Of a stretch of 64,000 nucleotides of DNA, positions 9,639 to 19,957 are shown in pieces. The DNA comes from an uncultured delta proteobacterium (GTDB lineage Bacteria > Desulfobacterota > Desulfobacteria > Desulfobacterales > JAHEIW01), in contig CAVPNL010000013.1 in NCBI GenBank assembly GCA_963706575.1, positions 44,513 to 108,512 of the forward strand, in the 5' to 3' direction. Under the pieces are notes generated by a model. That model was not told where the DNA came from, did not search any database, and saw only the letters and a list, made by a program, of their open reading frames with translations. How positions within the stretch are numbered: the stretch's first letter is position 1; the number at the start of each line of letters is the position of its first letter. The position numbers and the translations under genes were made by a program.

Positions 9639-12082
9639 ATGCAAGAAAGGAGATACAAATTGCATCCGAAGAATTTGAAAATCTTCATTGGGATAGGGCT
9701 TCTTATTTTTGTGTTGACCTCATCGGCCTGGTCGCAAAATCCTCTAATGCTCAAAACCGGCAAGAAACGGGCAGATGCCAAAAATGCCGAAAACGTTTCG
9801 CTGCCCAAGCCCCTGACTGCAGAAAACATCGATCATATCGTTGCCGGTCTCAGTGACGCGCAGGTCCGACGATTGTTAATCAATGAGCTTACGTTGCAGG
9901 CACAGAAAGAGACGCCTGTCGAGGCGAAACCGGAAGGCATCGCCGGTTTCATCCATAAGATAAGAAACCTGACCGCTTTGCTGCAAACCCGCATTGAATT
10001 TATCCGCTCTGGCGGCAGCGCGGCGCCGCAAGAATTCGAGGGCATATACGCCTTTCTTGCCAGGGGTGAACGCGGGACGAAAACCGTGCCCCAGGTCATT
10101 TTGAGTGTCGCCGCGGTGCTGGCCGGAGGTTTGCTGATCGAATGGCTGTTCGTGCTCTACACTGCAGCGGCGCGGCGCCGCATCACATCGAGCGTGCCTT
10201 CCGGATGGATCGCCAAAATCGGATCCCTGGGCTCGCGGGCCCTGCTGGATTTAACGGCCATCATCATCTTCATCGCCGCGGCCGTAATCCTTTTTTTCTT
10301 TTTTTTGGACCGCACTGCCGGCCAGCGCGTGCTTTTGGCCGCTTACCTGGCGGGCTTGGCATTTTTCCAGGTCGCCTATCTGGTATTGCGATTTTTCCTG
10401 GCCCCGCGCACACCCGCACTGCGGTTTCTGCCGTTCAGCGACGAAACCGCAGTGTATCTCCATTACTGGCTCCTGGCGCTGACCTTCGTTCTCTGCTTCG
10501 GTAATGTGACCAGAGGTGTGATGGGCCTGGCGGGCGCCACCGAGTTGACGCAGCTCAAGTTCGGCACGCTGTCTGGTTTGATCGCGGCCGCGATGATCAT
10601 CTGGATGATTGTGCAGAAACGCAAGGCAGCGGCAGCCGCATTCAGCGAGGGTCTGCCGGAAGCCAGCCTGCGCTACCGGTTGGCTCAGAAGTGGCATCAC
10701 TTTGCCGTTTTTGCTGTCTTAGTGCTCCTGGCCGCTGCCATCAGCAGCTCGATTTTGGGTACGGCCTCGAACCAGGCGATACTGACCCTGCTGATGGTAA
10801 TCCTTTACTTTATGCTGGACTGGATTCTGCGTTTGATGCTGGAGGCGGCTTTCGGCATCGTGGAGCAGCCCGAGGAGCAGCCGGTGGCTGCTGAAGCAGC
10901 GGCCGACGAGCCGGAAGATGATATTGAAACTGAAGACGCCGGAGTGCCGGCCGCAGAAGCCTCAAAGGATAAACCGGCCCCCGGCGGCCGCCTGGAACTC
11001 GACCGCATGAAAGGTCCGCTGCGCACCGCCCTGCGTCTGGCCCTGGCGGTATTGCTGTTTTTCTGGATCCTTGACATCTGGAACCTTGATCTCCCGATCG
11101 GAGAGGCGGTGGTCCGGACCCTGATAAAGATTTTGGTGGTCGTGCTGATCTGTTACGTTGCCTGGGGCCTGGTGAACGCTGCGATCATGCGCCGGATGCG
11201 CGACGAGATGCCGGAGGAGGATGAGGAACAGGAAGAGGGCGGCGCCGGCGGCTCGCGCATCGCCACCCTGCTCCTGCTGCTGCGCAAGTTCATGCTGGTG
11301 GTCATTATCGTCATGGCCAGTCTGATTGTTTTATCGGCCCTGGGGGTGAACATCGGCCCCCTGATTGCCGGCGCCGGTGTCTTCGGCCTGGCGATCGGCT
11401 TCGGCGCCCAGACGCTGGTCAAGGACATTATCTCGGGGGTGTTTTACCTCATGGACGATGCCTTCCGGGTCGGCGACTATCTGGAGGTTTCCGGCACCAA
11501 GGGAACGGTGGAGCACATTTCGCTGCGCTCCCTCAGGCTGCGCAACCCGCGGGGCCAGGTCTATTTCATTCCTTTCGGCGACCTCAAGCTGGTGACCAAC
11601 CTCAGCCGCGACTACGTCATCATGAAGCTCGACTTCCGGGTGCGCTATGACGCCGACGTGGAAAAAATTCGCAAGATTATCAAGAAAAAAGTCTATCAAA
11701 AAATCGCCGAAGATCCCGAGCTGGGGCCCAAACTGATGGAACCGATCAAATCCCAGGGCGTGCGGGAGATGGATGACTCGGCCATGGTCATGCGGGTCAA
11801 ATACAAAACCAAGCCGGGCGATCAGTTTGCCATCCGCAAAGAAGTTTACCACCTCATGCAGGAAGCGTTCAGGGAAGAAGGCATAGAGTTTGCGCATCGA
11901 AACGTGACCGTGTACATGCCGCCGGAGGCCAGCGAGGCGGCGCGCAGGCGGCGGATGAAGACCAGCAAAAAGATGCGAAGGCAAACAGCGAAATTCAGCG
12001 CCAGGCCGCTGCAGCGGCAGCGTTGGCAGCCATTCAGGCCCAGGAGGAGGCAGAGAAAGCCAAGAAGAAATCTGAAAAATAA
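9639..12082 (+). CDS. mscS: Large MscS-family mechanosensitive channel (C-terminal frameshift near 11943)
   Basis: GAGVFGLAIGFGAQTLVKD and GTVEHISLRS motifs. The shifted frame gives DEDQQKDAKANSEIQRQAAAAAALAAIQAQEEAEKAKKKSEK with stop at 12082. Confidence 0.85.
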
Positions 12083-12181
12083 GACCTTTTTTACGCACTG
12101 CACCTTTTAAACCCTTGAAAGCCTTGCAACCCACCCGAACGGTGCAACTTTATTTGCATTGTAAACCTCTCCTTTCCTACC

Positions 12182-12194
12182 TAACCCATTGATT
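12182..12194. promoter_or_regulatory. IHF consensus site
   Basis: TAACCCATTGATT matches YAA-N4-TTGATW in an AT-rich intergenic region upstream of a sigma-54 promoter. Confidence 0.5.
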
Positions 12195-12228
12195 TAATAT
12201 ATTATAATTAAAATTACAGGGTTACAGA

Positions 12229-12245
12229 GTCAACTTATGTTGCAC
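12229..12245. promoter_or_regulatory. Putative upstream activator site GTCAAC-N4-GTTGCAC
   Basis: gtcaacttatgttgcac, matching 3114-3130. Confidence 0.55.
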
Positions 12246-12432
12246 CCTCATAACAAGCAATTTTAGATCGGATTTTGCTTGTCTAAACAGGAATTAATCT
12301 TTTTCAATTCAGATTCCATTTTCAATTCAAAACATATCCTGTTGAAATTAATAGGATAAATTTCCAACACGCTGTTTTCTTTAGTCTCCGGAAAATTATT
12401 AAAGGCACAAAAATAAGAGATCTAAACGTTTT

Positions 12433-12448
12433 TGGAACAACAGTTGCT
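12433..12448 (+). promoter_or_regulatory. Sigma-54 (-24/-12) promoter
   Basis: TGGAAC-AACAG-TTGCT, 86 nt before ATG 12535. Confidence 0.7.
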
Positions 12449-12534
12449 CTTTGATTGATTAAGAAAAGGAAAGAGCAATCAATCTAAGGCCAATCATTAG
12501 AATATCGTTTTAAACTTTATTAAGGGAGCCCATC

Positions 12535-13002
12535 ATGAAAATTTCATCTAAAGTGCGAGGACTAATCATAGCCGCAATCATTTTACCGCTAACGGGTTGC
12601 ATGAGCGCACATCAGCACTACCAGCAAACCCATGGTGCTCAGGAGCGCCAAATGACAATTGGTATCGTGCAGAAAGAAATAAGGAACGGTATGTCGGCTG
12701 CTGAAGTAGCCGAGGTACTGGGGTCACCCAACATTGTGACAACCGATGGCGAAGGTCGCGAGGTCTGGGTTTATGATAAGATTTCGACCGATGTGACGTA
12801 TTCAAATGATTCCGGGGGCGCAGGCGTTATTCTTTTAATTGGCGGCGCAACCGGCGGTACTGCCGGTGGAGGGCTCGGTTCGGGAAATTACAGTCGATCT
12901 GCAGGCGCTCAATCCAAGACCCAGCGAACCTTGACCGTGATAATTAAGTTCGATGAACAGAATAAGGTGCGTGACTTCGCATATCATTCCAGCAGGTTTT
13001 AA
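12535..13002 (+). CDS. Lipoprotein with BamE/SmpA-like domain and Gly-rich insert
   Basis: Lipobox LTGC; IRNGMSAAEVAEVLGSP...EVWVY...LTVIIKFD pattern. Confidence 0.75.
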   Translation: MKISSKVRGLIIAAIILPLTGCMSAHQHYQQTHGAQERQMTIGIVQKEIRNGMSAAEVAEVLGSPNIVTTDGEGREVWVYDKISTDVTYSNDSGGAGVILLIGGATGGTAGGGLGSGNYSRSAGAQSKTQRTLTVIIKFDEQNKVRDFAYHSSRF

Positions 13003-13014
13003 CAAGGAGAAAGT

Positions 13015-13551
13015 GTGATGAAATTGCGTAGAACTTTCAAAATAAGCGTAATTTTAATCTGCCTGAGCTCCTTTTTGGCCTGTCAGAATAAGATCCTCAG
13101 AGAAGCGCTCACATTGTCACCTGAATCTCTTAAAGACCGCCAATTGCAGACAAGACTATTTGAAGGCAGCGATGAAAAGAAGATACTGACTGCATCTGCG
13201 GCCGTGCTTCAGGATCTGGGCTTTAACATCGACGAGACAGAGGTCAGCGCCGGTGTTATCGCGTGTTCCCGAGAAAGGGATGTTACAGATTCCAAGGAAG
13301 TGGTGCTGTCAATAGCGCTTTTGTTCCTGGGTATTTATCTTCCCTATGCCGAAAAACAAAAAGTGTTCGCCTCACTGGTAACGAGGCCCTTGAGCCATAA
13401 AAGAATTGCTGTTCGTATTACCTTTCAACACATGGTCTGGAATAGTGATCATGTCCAGATCAAAAACGAGCAGATTAATGAGCCTGAAATCTACCAGGAG
13501 TTTTTTTCCAAGCTTTCAAAGTCAGTTTTCCTGGTAGCTCATGAGATATAG
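13015..13551 (+). CDS. Lipoprotein of unknown function (paralog of the next gene)
   Basis: Lipobox FLAC; LQTRLF...LQDLGFNID...PEIYQEFFSKLSK. Confidence 0.8.
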   Translation: MMKLRRTFKISVILICLSSFLACQNKILREALTLSPESLKDRQLQTRLFEGSDEKKILTASAAVLQDLGFNIDETEVSAGVIACSRERDVTDSKEVVLSIALLFLGIYLPYAEKQKVFASLVTRPLSHKRIAVRITFQHMVWNSDHVQIKNEQINEPEIYQEFFSKLSKSVFLVAHEI

Positions 13552-13561
13552 GAGGCCTGTT

Positions 13562-13984
13562 ATGGAAAAACGTGTCCTGATCATATTTAGCCTGATCTTT
13601 GTTCTCGCTATTGCAGCCTGCGCCGGAAGGCAGAAAAACATCCTTGAAACGACCGAATCTCAGGTGAAGCTGCGGAGCATGCAAAGCCGCGTGTTTGACA
13701 TGAGTGATCAAAACCGCCTGCTACGAACCATCATAGCGACTATGCAAGATTTGGGATTTGTGATTGACGACGCCGAAGAGTCTCTCGGAACTGTTTCAGG
13801 TACAAAACGTTCCGTTTATTTCTTACGGATGACCGTATCGATTCGACCCAGAGGAACCCATCAAATGATTGTTCGCAGCAATATGCAGTTTAACTGGGCG
13901 TCCATAGAAGACCCGGAACCCTATCAACATTTTTTTTCAACATTATCCAAGGGGCTTTTCCTGGAAGCACAACCGATAGAGTAA
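13562..13984 (+). CDS. Lipoprotein of unknown function (paralog of the previous gene)
   Basis: GGAGG RBS; lipobox IAAC; MQSRVF...MQDLGFVID...PEPYQHFFSTLSK. Confidence 0.8.
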   Translation: MEKRVLIIFSLIFVLAIAACAGRQKNILETTESQVKLRSMQSRVFDMSDQNRLLRTIIATMQDLGFVIDDAEESLGTVSGTKRSVYFLRMTVSIRPRGTHQMIVRSNMQFNWASIEDPEPYQHFFSTLSKGLFLEAQPIE

Positions 13985-14032
13985 ATCAGCGGTTATCAGC
14001 GATTAACGGGCAAAAAAGCCAGGGCATTTTAA

Positions 14033-14061
14033 TTGACAGACTTACGCCGGCATAATATTGT
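14033..14061 (+). promoter_or_regulatory. Sigma-70-type promoter for the sensor kinase
   Basis: TTGACA, 17-nt spacer, TATTGT. Confidence 0.5.
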
Positions 14062-14084
14062 TTTTAATGGGGATTCTTTATCCA

Positions 14085-16622
14085 ATGCCGCATTTAAAGA
14101 ACCGACATAATTTATTCATCATCTCACTGCCGCTTATCATTGCCTATCTGATATTCTTCAGCGCCTGTATCAATGATTCTCCCCGACGAATTCCGCCCAA
14201 AGCGCTCAAGGGTGTTCTCGATCTCAGCGACTGGGACCTCAAAGAAGACGGTCCGGTTGATCTTATCGGTGAGTATGAATTTTACTGGTTGCAACACCTG
14301 CTGCCGGATGATTTTTCTAAAACAAATCCGGGGGAGAAAACAGAATTCATTAAAGTGCCCGGGTATTGGACTGGTTATAAATTGGGAGGCATGGAACTGC
14401 CTGGGCATGGATACGTTACCTACCGTCTAAACATTGTGCTAAACAAACAGCAGGGACCCCTTGCTTTAAGAACGGTTGAAATTTCGAATGCCTACAGCAT
14501 CTATGTAAACGGGCAAAAGGTGGGTTCTTTGGGACAAGCCGGTAAAAGTCGCGAGACGACCGTTCCGCGGCAATTCCCCCAGATCATAGATTTTGAGCTC
14601 AAAAAAAATCAAATGGAACTCATCATTCAGGTTTCCAATTTCCACCACAGACGCGGTGGAATCTGGGAAGTTATTCAACTGGGAAGAGAAAAAGATCTGC
14701 GCGCAGCCTGGGAGAGAAGGCTTAGCTTTGATCTGCTTTTGATCGGCAGTATTATGCTGATGGGCCTTTACCATCTGGGGCTTTTTATGGTCAGAAAAAA
14801 GGACCGTTCACCACTTTACTTCAGCATCTTCTGCATCCTGCTTGCACTGAGGACGCTCACCACCGGTGGAAGATATCTCGTTCTTTCTTTCCCTGATCTA
14901 AGCTGGGAACTTATGATCAAGTTCGAATATCTTTCATTTTATCTGGCCGTCCCGGCTTTCGGGATGTTTATGCGATCGATTTTTCAGAAATTTTCAGAAG
15001 GATTTCTTCGTTCCATAGAAATGCTGGCAATTGCTTTTGCAGGTGTTGTCATCTTTACCCCGGCAAGATTCTTCTCACATACCCTCAACATATACGAAAT
15101 CATTATCCTGATGACAGTTATATACGGGCTATACGTGATCATTGCCTCTTTGAACCAGAAGCGAATTGAGGCATCCGTATTTCTTCTCGGGTTTGTTATC
15201 TTATGTCTTACAATCATTAATGACATGCTGCATGTTGAAAATATCATACAAACAGGCTTTTTTACCCAGTTTGGCTTTTTTTTCTTTATTCTGTCCCAGG
15301 CGTTTCTTCTCTCCTATCGTCACTCAATAGCCTTGACAACAGTTGAAACCCAACAGATAGAATTAAGAGATACGCTTGAATCCCTTAAAGCCGAAATCAT
15401 CGATCGGGTGCAGGCTGAAGAAGCACTGCGTGAAAGTGAAGAAAAATACCGAACTATCCTCCAAAGTATCGAGGAAGGGTATTACGAGGTCGACCTGGCC
15501 GGCAACCTGACCTTCTTCAATGATTCCTTGTGCAAGCATCTTAAATATTCAAAGGATGAGCTCATGGGAATGAACAACCGGCAGTTTACCAGCAAAGAAA
15601 CTGTCGAGCGGGTATATAAAACATTTAATTCGGTCTTCAAAACCGGAAAGGCCGCAACGGCATTTGACTGGGAGATGATCGCCAAAGACGGTAGTAAAAA
15701 ATTTGTCGAACTGTCTGTATCTTTAATACGGGATTCGGAAGGCCAGCCGGTGGGGTTTCGGGGAGTGGCGCGAGACATTAGCGAACGCAAAAAAGCCGAG
15801 GAACAGGCCAAACTCCATCAACACCAGCTCATGCAGGCCAGTAAGATGGTGGCATTGGGCACGCTGGTTTCCGGTGTGGCCCATGAGGTGAACAACCCCA
15901 ACAATTTTATCATGTTGAATTCCCCCATTTTAAAAGAAGCCTGGGACAATGCCCTGCCGATCCTGCAAAAGTATTATGAGGAAAATGGTGATTTCCTCGT
16001 CGGCGGCATGAATTACAGCGAGATGCGCGAAAATATTCCCACCCTGTTTTCCGGCATATCCGACGGTGCCAGACGGATAAAACAAATTGTTGATGACCTC
16101 AAGAATTATGTAAGGGATAACACCGCCGATCTGACCCAGTCGGTCGATATCAATGAAGTATTAAAGTCAGCCGTTTCGCTGCTCTCCAATATGATCAAAA
16201 AATCCACCAATAAATTTTCAATCGAATATGGCAAAAATTTGCCGCAGTTACGCGGAAATTTCCAGCGACTCGAGCAGGTCATGATAAACTTAGTTCAAAA
16301 TGCCTGCCAGGCGCTGCCGGATGCTCAAAAAGGTATTTTTATTACCATCCAATTTGATCGTAAAGCCTCAAATATCGTCATTAACGTTCGCGATGAAGGC
16401 ATGGGAATTCCTCCCGAGACGCTTCTGAATATTACCGACCCGTTTTTTACGACCAAACACGATTCCGGTGGTGTCGGGCTGGGCCTGTCAATTTCTTCAA
16501 AGATCGTTGAAGAGCATGGCGGTACCCTGAACTTCAAATCAGAAATCGGTGCCGGCACAACGGCAGAGATCACCCTGCCTGTTGATCGAAAAAATCAAAC
16601 CGTGAAAGGGAAACCAGAATGA
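14085..16622 (+). CDS. Sensor histidine kinase (7TM-DISM-like extracellular/7TM input, PAS, HisKA, HATPase)
   Basis: Extracellular beta-sandwich motifs (VPGYW, QVSNFHHRRGG), 7 TM segments, PAS, VAHEVNNP H-box, DPFFTTK, GLGLS. Start could be 14058 or 14067. Confidence 0.9.
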   Translation: MPHLKNRHNLFIISLPLIIAYLIFFSACINDSPRRIPPKALKGVLDLSDWDLKEDGPVDLIGEYEFYWLQHLLPDDFSKTNPGEKTEFIKVPGYWTGYKLGGMELPGHGYVTYRLNIVLNKQQGPLALRTVEISNAYSIYVNGQKVGSLGQAGKSRETTVPRQFPQIIDFELKKNQMELIIQVSNFHHRRGGIWEVIQLGREKDLRAAWERRLSFDLLLIGSIMLMGLYHLGLFMVRKKDRSPLYFSIFCILLALRTLTTGGRYLVLSFPDLSWELMIKFEYLSFYLAVPAFGMFMRSIFQKFSEGFLRSIEMLAIAFAGVVIFTPARFFSHTLNIYEIIILMTVIYGLYVIIASLNQKRIEASVFLLGFVILCLTIINDMLHVENIIQTGFFTQFGFFFFILSQAFLLSYRHSIALTTVETQQIELRDTLESLKAEIIDRVQAEEALRESEEKYRTILQSIEEGYYEVDLAGNLTFFNDSLCKHLKYSKDELMGMNNRQFTSKETVERVYKTFNSVFKTGKAATAFDWEMIAKDGSKKFVELSVSLIRDSEGQPVGFRGVARDISERKKAEEQAKLHQHQLMQASKMVALGTLVSGVAHEVNNPNNFIMLNSPILKEAWDNALPILQKYYEENGDFLVGGMNYSEMRENIPTLFSGISDGARRIKQIVDDLKNYVRDNTADLTQSVDINEVLKSAVSLLSNMIKKSTNKFSIEYGKNLPQLRGNFQRLEQVMINLVQNACQALPDAQKGIFITIQFDRKASNIVINVRDEGMGIPPETLLNITDPFFTTKHDSGGVGLGLSISSKIVEEHGGTLNFKSEIGAGTTAEITLPVDRKNQTVKGKPE

Positions 16623-18049
16623 CTGAATCAACCTATCCGCAATTTCCCGTCATGATGGTCGATGATGAAGCCCAGGCCATAACCAGTTTTGAAATGGCGC
16701 TGCGCTCGGCAAATATGAATAACTTCATTCGCTGTCATGACAGCCGCGATGTCATACCGCTGCTTTCCAGCCAGGAGATCGAAGTTATGCTGCTGGACTT
16801 GAGAATGCCGCATATATCGGGTGAAGAGCTGCTTCCGATCATAACCAGTGACTACCCTGAAATTCCGGTTGTCGTTATAACCGGATCAAACGATGTGGAT
16901 ACGGCCGTAAAGTGTATGCAATACGGCGCATTTGACTACATACTTAAGCCGGTTGAGAAAAGCCGTCTGATTGGTGGCGTCAAGCGGGCGGTCGAACTGC
17001 GAGAATTGCAGCGTGAAAATCAGTTGCTCAAAGCCCATGTATTGTCGGACAAACTGGAAAAGCCGGAAGCCTTCTCAGAAATTATTACGGTCAGCACCAG
17101 CATGCGGTCCATTTTTCAATATATGGAGGCCATCGCCAACAGCCCGCGGCCGGTGTCGATAACCGGAGAAACCGGTGTCGGCAAAGAATTGGTCGCTAAA
17201 GCCGTTCACACCTTAAGCAACCGTAAAGGCGATTTCGTGCCCGTGAACGTGGCCGGCCTGGACGATCATGTTTTTGCGGATACCCTCTTTGGCCACAAAA
17301 AGGGCGCTTTTACGGACGCCCGCGAAGCACGCAGCGGTCTAATTGAGCGGGCAGCGGGGGGCACCCTTTTTCTGGATGAAATCGGAGATATGAGCACGAC
17401 TTCCCAGGTCAAGCTGTTGCGTCTTTTACAGGAGGGGGATTTTTTCCCGCTGGGATCGGATGTGACCAAACGTTCCGATGCGCGTATCGTGGTGGCCACG
17501 AATCAAGACCTTGATGCACTGCAGTCATCCGGACAGTTTCGCAAAGATCTGTATTACCGGCTATGTGATCATCAAATTCACATACCGCCGCTGCGCAGGC
17601 GACGGGAGGATCTGGCGGTTCTGGTTGAGCATTTTTTGGAAAAGGCGTCTAAAACGTTAGATAAAAAGAAACCGACACCACCGCTAGAACTGATCACACT
17701 GCTATCAACCTATCATTTTCCCGGAAATATCAGAGAACTCGAATCCATGATCTTTGATGCGGTCAGCAGCCATGCATCCGGCAAGCTGTCCATGGACTCG
17801 TTTAAAGCCCATTTATCCAAGGTTTCCGTGACCGATGCGCCGGATTCACCCCTCGAAAAAGGAGCACTGATCAGCTTCTCGCATCAATTGCCCACGCTTA
17901 AACAAATCGAACAATTGTTGATTGATGAAGCCCTTAAAAGAGCCAACGACAATCAATCCATTGCGGCGCTGAGTTTGGGAATATCGCGTCAGGCCTTGAA
18001 CAAGCGCCTTAAAAAAATGGCCGAGCAGCAAGATTCCGCATCACAATAA
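16619..18049 (+). CDS. Sigma-54-dependent NtrC-family response regulator
   Basis: Receiver domain, GETGVGKE, GAFTDA, TLFLDEIG, FRKDLYYRL, Fis-type HTH; ATGA overlap with the kinase. Confidence 0.95.
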   Translation: MTESTYPQFPVMMVDDEAQAITSFEMALRSANMNNFIRCHDSRDVIPLLSSQEIEVMLLDLRMPHISGEELLPIITSDYPEIPVVVITGSNDVDTAVKCMQYGAFDYILKPVEKSRLIGGVKRAVELRELQRENQLLKAHVLSDKLEKPEAFSEIITVSTSMRSIFQYMEAIANSPRPVSITGETGVGKELVAKAVHTLSNRKGDFVPVNVAGLDDHVFADTLFGHKKGAFTDAREARSGLIERAAGGTLFLDEIGDMSTTSQVKLLRLLQEGDFFPLGSDVTKRSDARIVVATNQDLDALQSSGQFRKDLYYRLCDHQIHIPPLRRRREDLAVLVEHFLEKASKTLDKKKPTPPLELITLLSTYHFPGNIRELESMIFDAVSSHASGKLSMDSFKAHLSKVSVTDAPDSPLEKGALISFSHQLPTLKQIEQLLIDEALKRANDNQSIAALSLGISRQALNKRLKKMAEQQDSASQ

Positions 18050-18178
18050 GATCATAGCACGCCTGTATTGCCGACGCATGCGCACGATATTTGTTCTTGA
18101 TTACCGCAAAATTCAGATGATAAAACAAATTAAATTCTCTTATTCGGTTATGCAGAAAGCCCAAGTTAAGCTCTTTCA

Positions 18179-18250
18179 ACCACGAAGCGCACGAAGGACA
18201 CGAAAAGGGATTTTAAATTTATTCTATCCTACCTTCGTGATCTTCGTGGT
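18179..18250. repeat. Tandem-repeat-armed palindrome (CACGAAGnn units)
   Basis: accacgaagcgcacgaaggacacgaa ... cttcgtgatcttcgtggt around an AT-rich spacer. Confidence 0.7.
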
Positions 18251-18354
18251 GAGATAACTATCGGAGGTATTCAACTGGAGATTTCCAGATAACCACATTC
18301 TCTTATTTTTCGAAAATATTTGTTTGGGTTATCAATTAGAAAGGTTAAGTTGCT

Positions 18355-19071
18355 ATGCCTGAAATCCGAATTGATCCTAAAATATTTGAGGATTATCCCT
18401 CTTTCCGGCGCGGGATTGTCATCGCCGGAAAAATGGATAATCAGGGTCACTCCAGCGAAATAGAGGACCTCCTGAACCGCTCAATCGCCCAGGCTGCCCA
18501 ACAACCCATTGACCTTAAAGCTGACGCGCGCACAACGGTCTGGAGTGATGCGCACCACCGCTTTGGTTCAAATCCGAATAAATTCCCGCCGGCGCATTGT
18601 GCCCTATTAAAGCGTGTTCAAAAACCGGGTGCCGCAATACCGTTTATCAACAAAGTGGTGGCGATTATGAACATCAATTCGATTCAGGATGTAACACCGG
18701 TGGGTGGAGATGACGTTGTTCGGGCCAATGGTAGCCTGGAACTGCGATATGCGGACGGCAGCGAGAACTTTACTCCGCTGGGCCGCCCCGATAGTAGCGA
18801 GCACCCCGTTGCCGGGGAAGTTATCTATCTGGTACCCGAATCAAACGAGGTGATGTGCCGGCGCTGGAACTGGCGTAATGGGCATCACACCCGTATTGCC
18901 GAAGATACCCGGTCAATCGTCATGAATATCGACAGCCTCGGAGAGGACAGTGAAAGACGGGCGATTGCGACCCGCGACCGGGTGGCACAGATGCTTGAGG
19001 CCTACTGTCAGGCTAAAGTTGCCACAACACTGCTTGCTCCTGAAAAGCCGAGCTACTCATTTAATCTATAA
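18355..19071 (+). CDS. Stand-alone B3/4 (PheRS-beta editing-like) domain protein
   Basis: NPNKFPP..ALLKRV, IPFINKVV, PVGGDD and MCRRWNWR motifs. Confidence 0.85.
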   Translation: MPEIRIDPKIFEDYPSFRRGIVIAGKMDNQGHSSEIEDLLNRSIAQAAQQPIDLKADARTTVWSDAHHRFGSNPNKFPPAHCALLKRVQKPGAAIPFINKVVAIMNINSIQDVTPVGGDDVVRANGSLELRYADGSENFTPLGRPDSSEHPVAGEVIYLVPESNEVMCRRWNWRNGHHTRIAEDTRSIVMNIDSLGEDSERRAIATRDRVAQMLEAYCQAKVATTLLAPEKPSYSFNL

Positions 19072-19213
19072 TTTGCAGGCAGTTGGATCAAGTTTTTAAA
19101 AGAAGTGCCGATATCATTAAGGAATGTTTGCCAGAAGATACCTGGCTCACGGCCTTGGCCATGGGAAGCCGAACATATAAAATTCAAACTTTAGTATGCA
19201 CGGTATATGAGTA

Positions 19214-19816
19214 ATGGATGATAACCCCGAAAATAGAATCAATGCTCGTATCAAGTACAAGTCGCCGGTGACGATCGAAAATTTAAAAGCCGGCATCATT
19301 TATCAGGCCAGAATGCTCAATTTCAGCAAGTATGGATTGTATTTTGAGGCCGACAGTTTGCTGGGTCTTGGCGATGAGGTTTTTATCGGTATTGAATATT
19401 CGCCATATGCTGATTCGCAGGATACTTACGAGTGTGTGCGGGCAAAAATCATGTGGCGCCGGGAATTGCCGACTTCCTTTTTTAAATATGGTTATGGTGT
19501 TAAATACAGCATTGATTATGATAAGCAAAAATTGCGAAACGGCAGTTTGAAAATCGTAGAGGATCAAAGAAAGCACGTCCGAAAACGTTATTCCAAGCAC
19601 ATCATTTTTTCTACCCGGAATAAAATTCTCAGTGGAATTACCAAAGACATCAGCCCTTCCGGCGTATTTATCGAAACCCAGGACCGTTTAGAAGTGGGAC
19701 AGACCGTCACGCTCGTTGTCCCATTAAAAAATGATCGAAAAGCCAAAATAAAGAGTGAGATCATCTGGGCCGGCCCGGAAGGTTTCGGGGTAAAATTTTT
19801 GCAAATTAAAAAATAG
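19214..19816 (+). CDS. Tandem PilZ domain protein
   Basis: RINAR...NFSKYG and RKHVR...DISPSG motifs. Confidence 0.85.
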   Translation: MDDNPENRINARIKYKSPVTIENLKAGIIYQARMLNFSKYGLYFEADSLLGLGDEVFIGIEYSPYADSQDTYECVRAKIMWRRELPTSFFKYGYGVKYSIDYDKQKLRNGSLKIVEDQRKHVRKRYSKHIIFSTRNKILSGITKDISPSGVFIETQDRLEVGQTVTLVVPLKNDRKAKIKSEIIWAGPEGFGVKFLQIKK

Positions 19817-19957
19817 GCGTCCACCGATTCCCCATTTCCCATTTCCCATAACGTTACATTTACTTAACTTTTCAATTGTTGTAGGATGCCATGGTGACAT
19901 CATCACCGTATCCCTTTTGCGCATTCTTTGAGGTCAACAATAAATTAGGAGGGTAAA

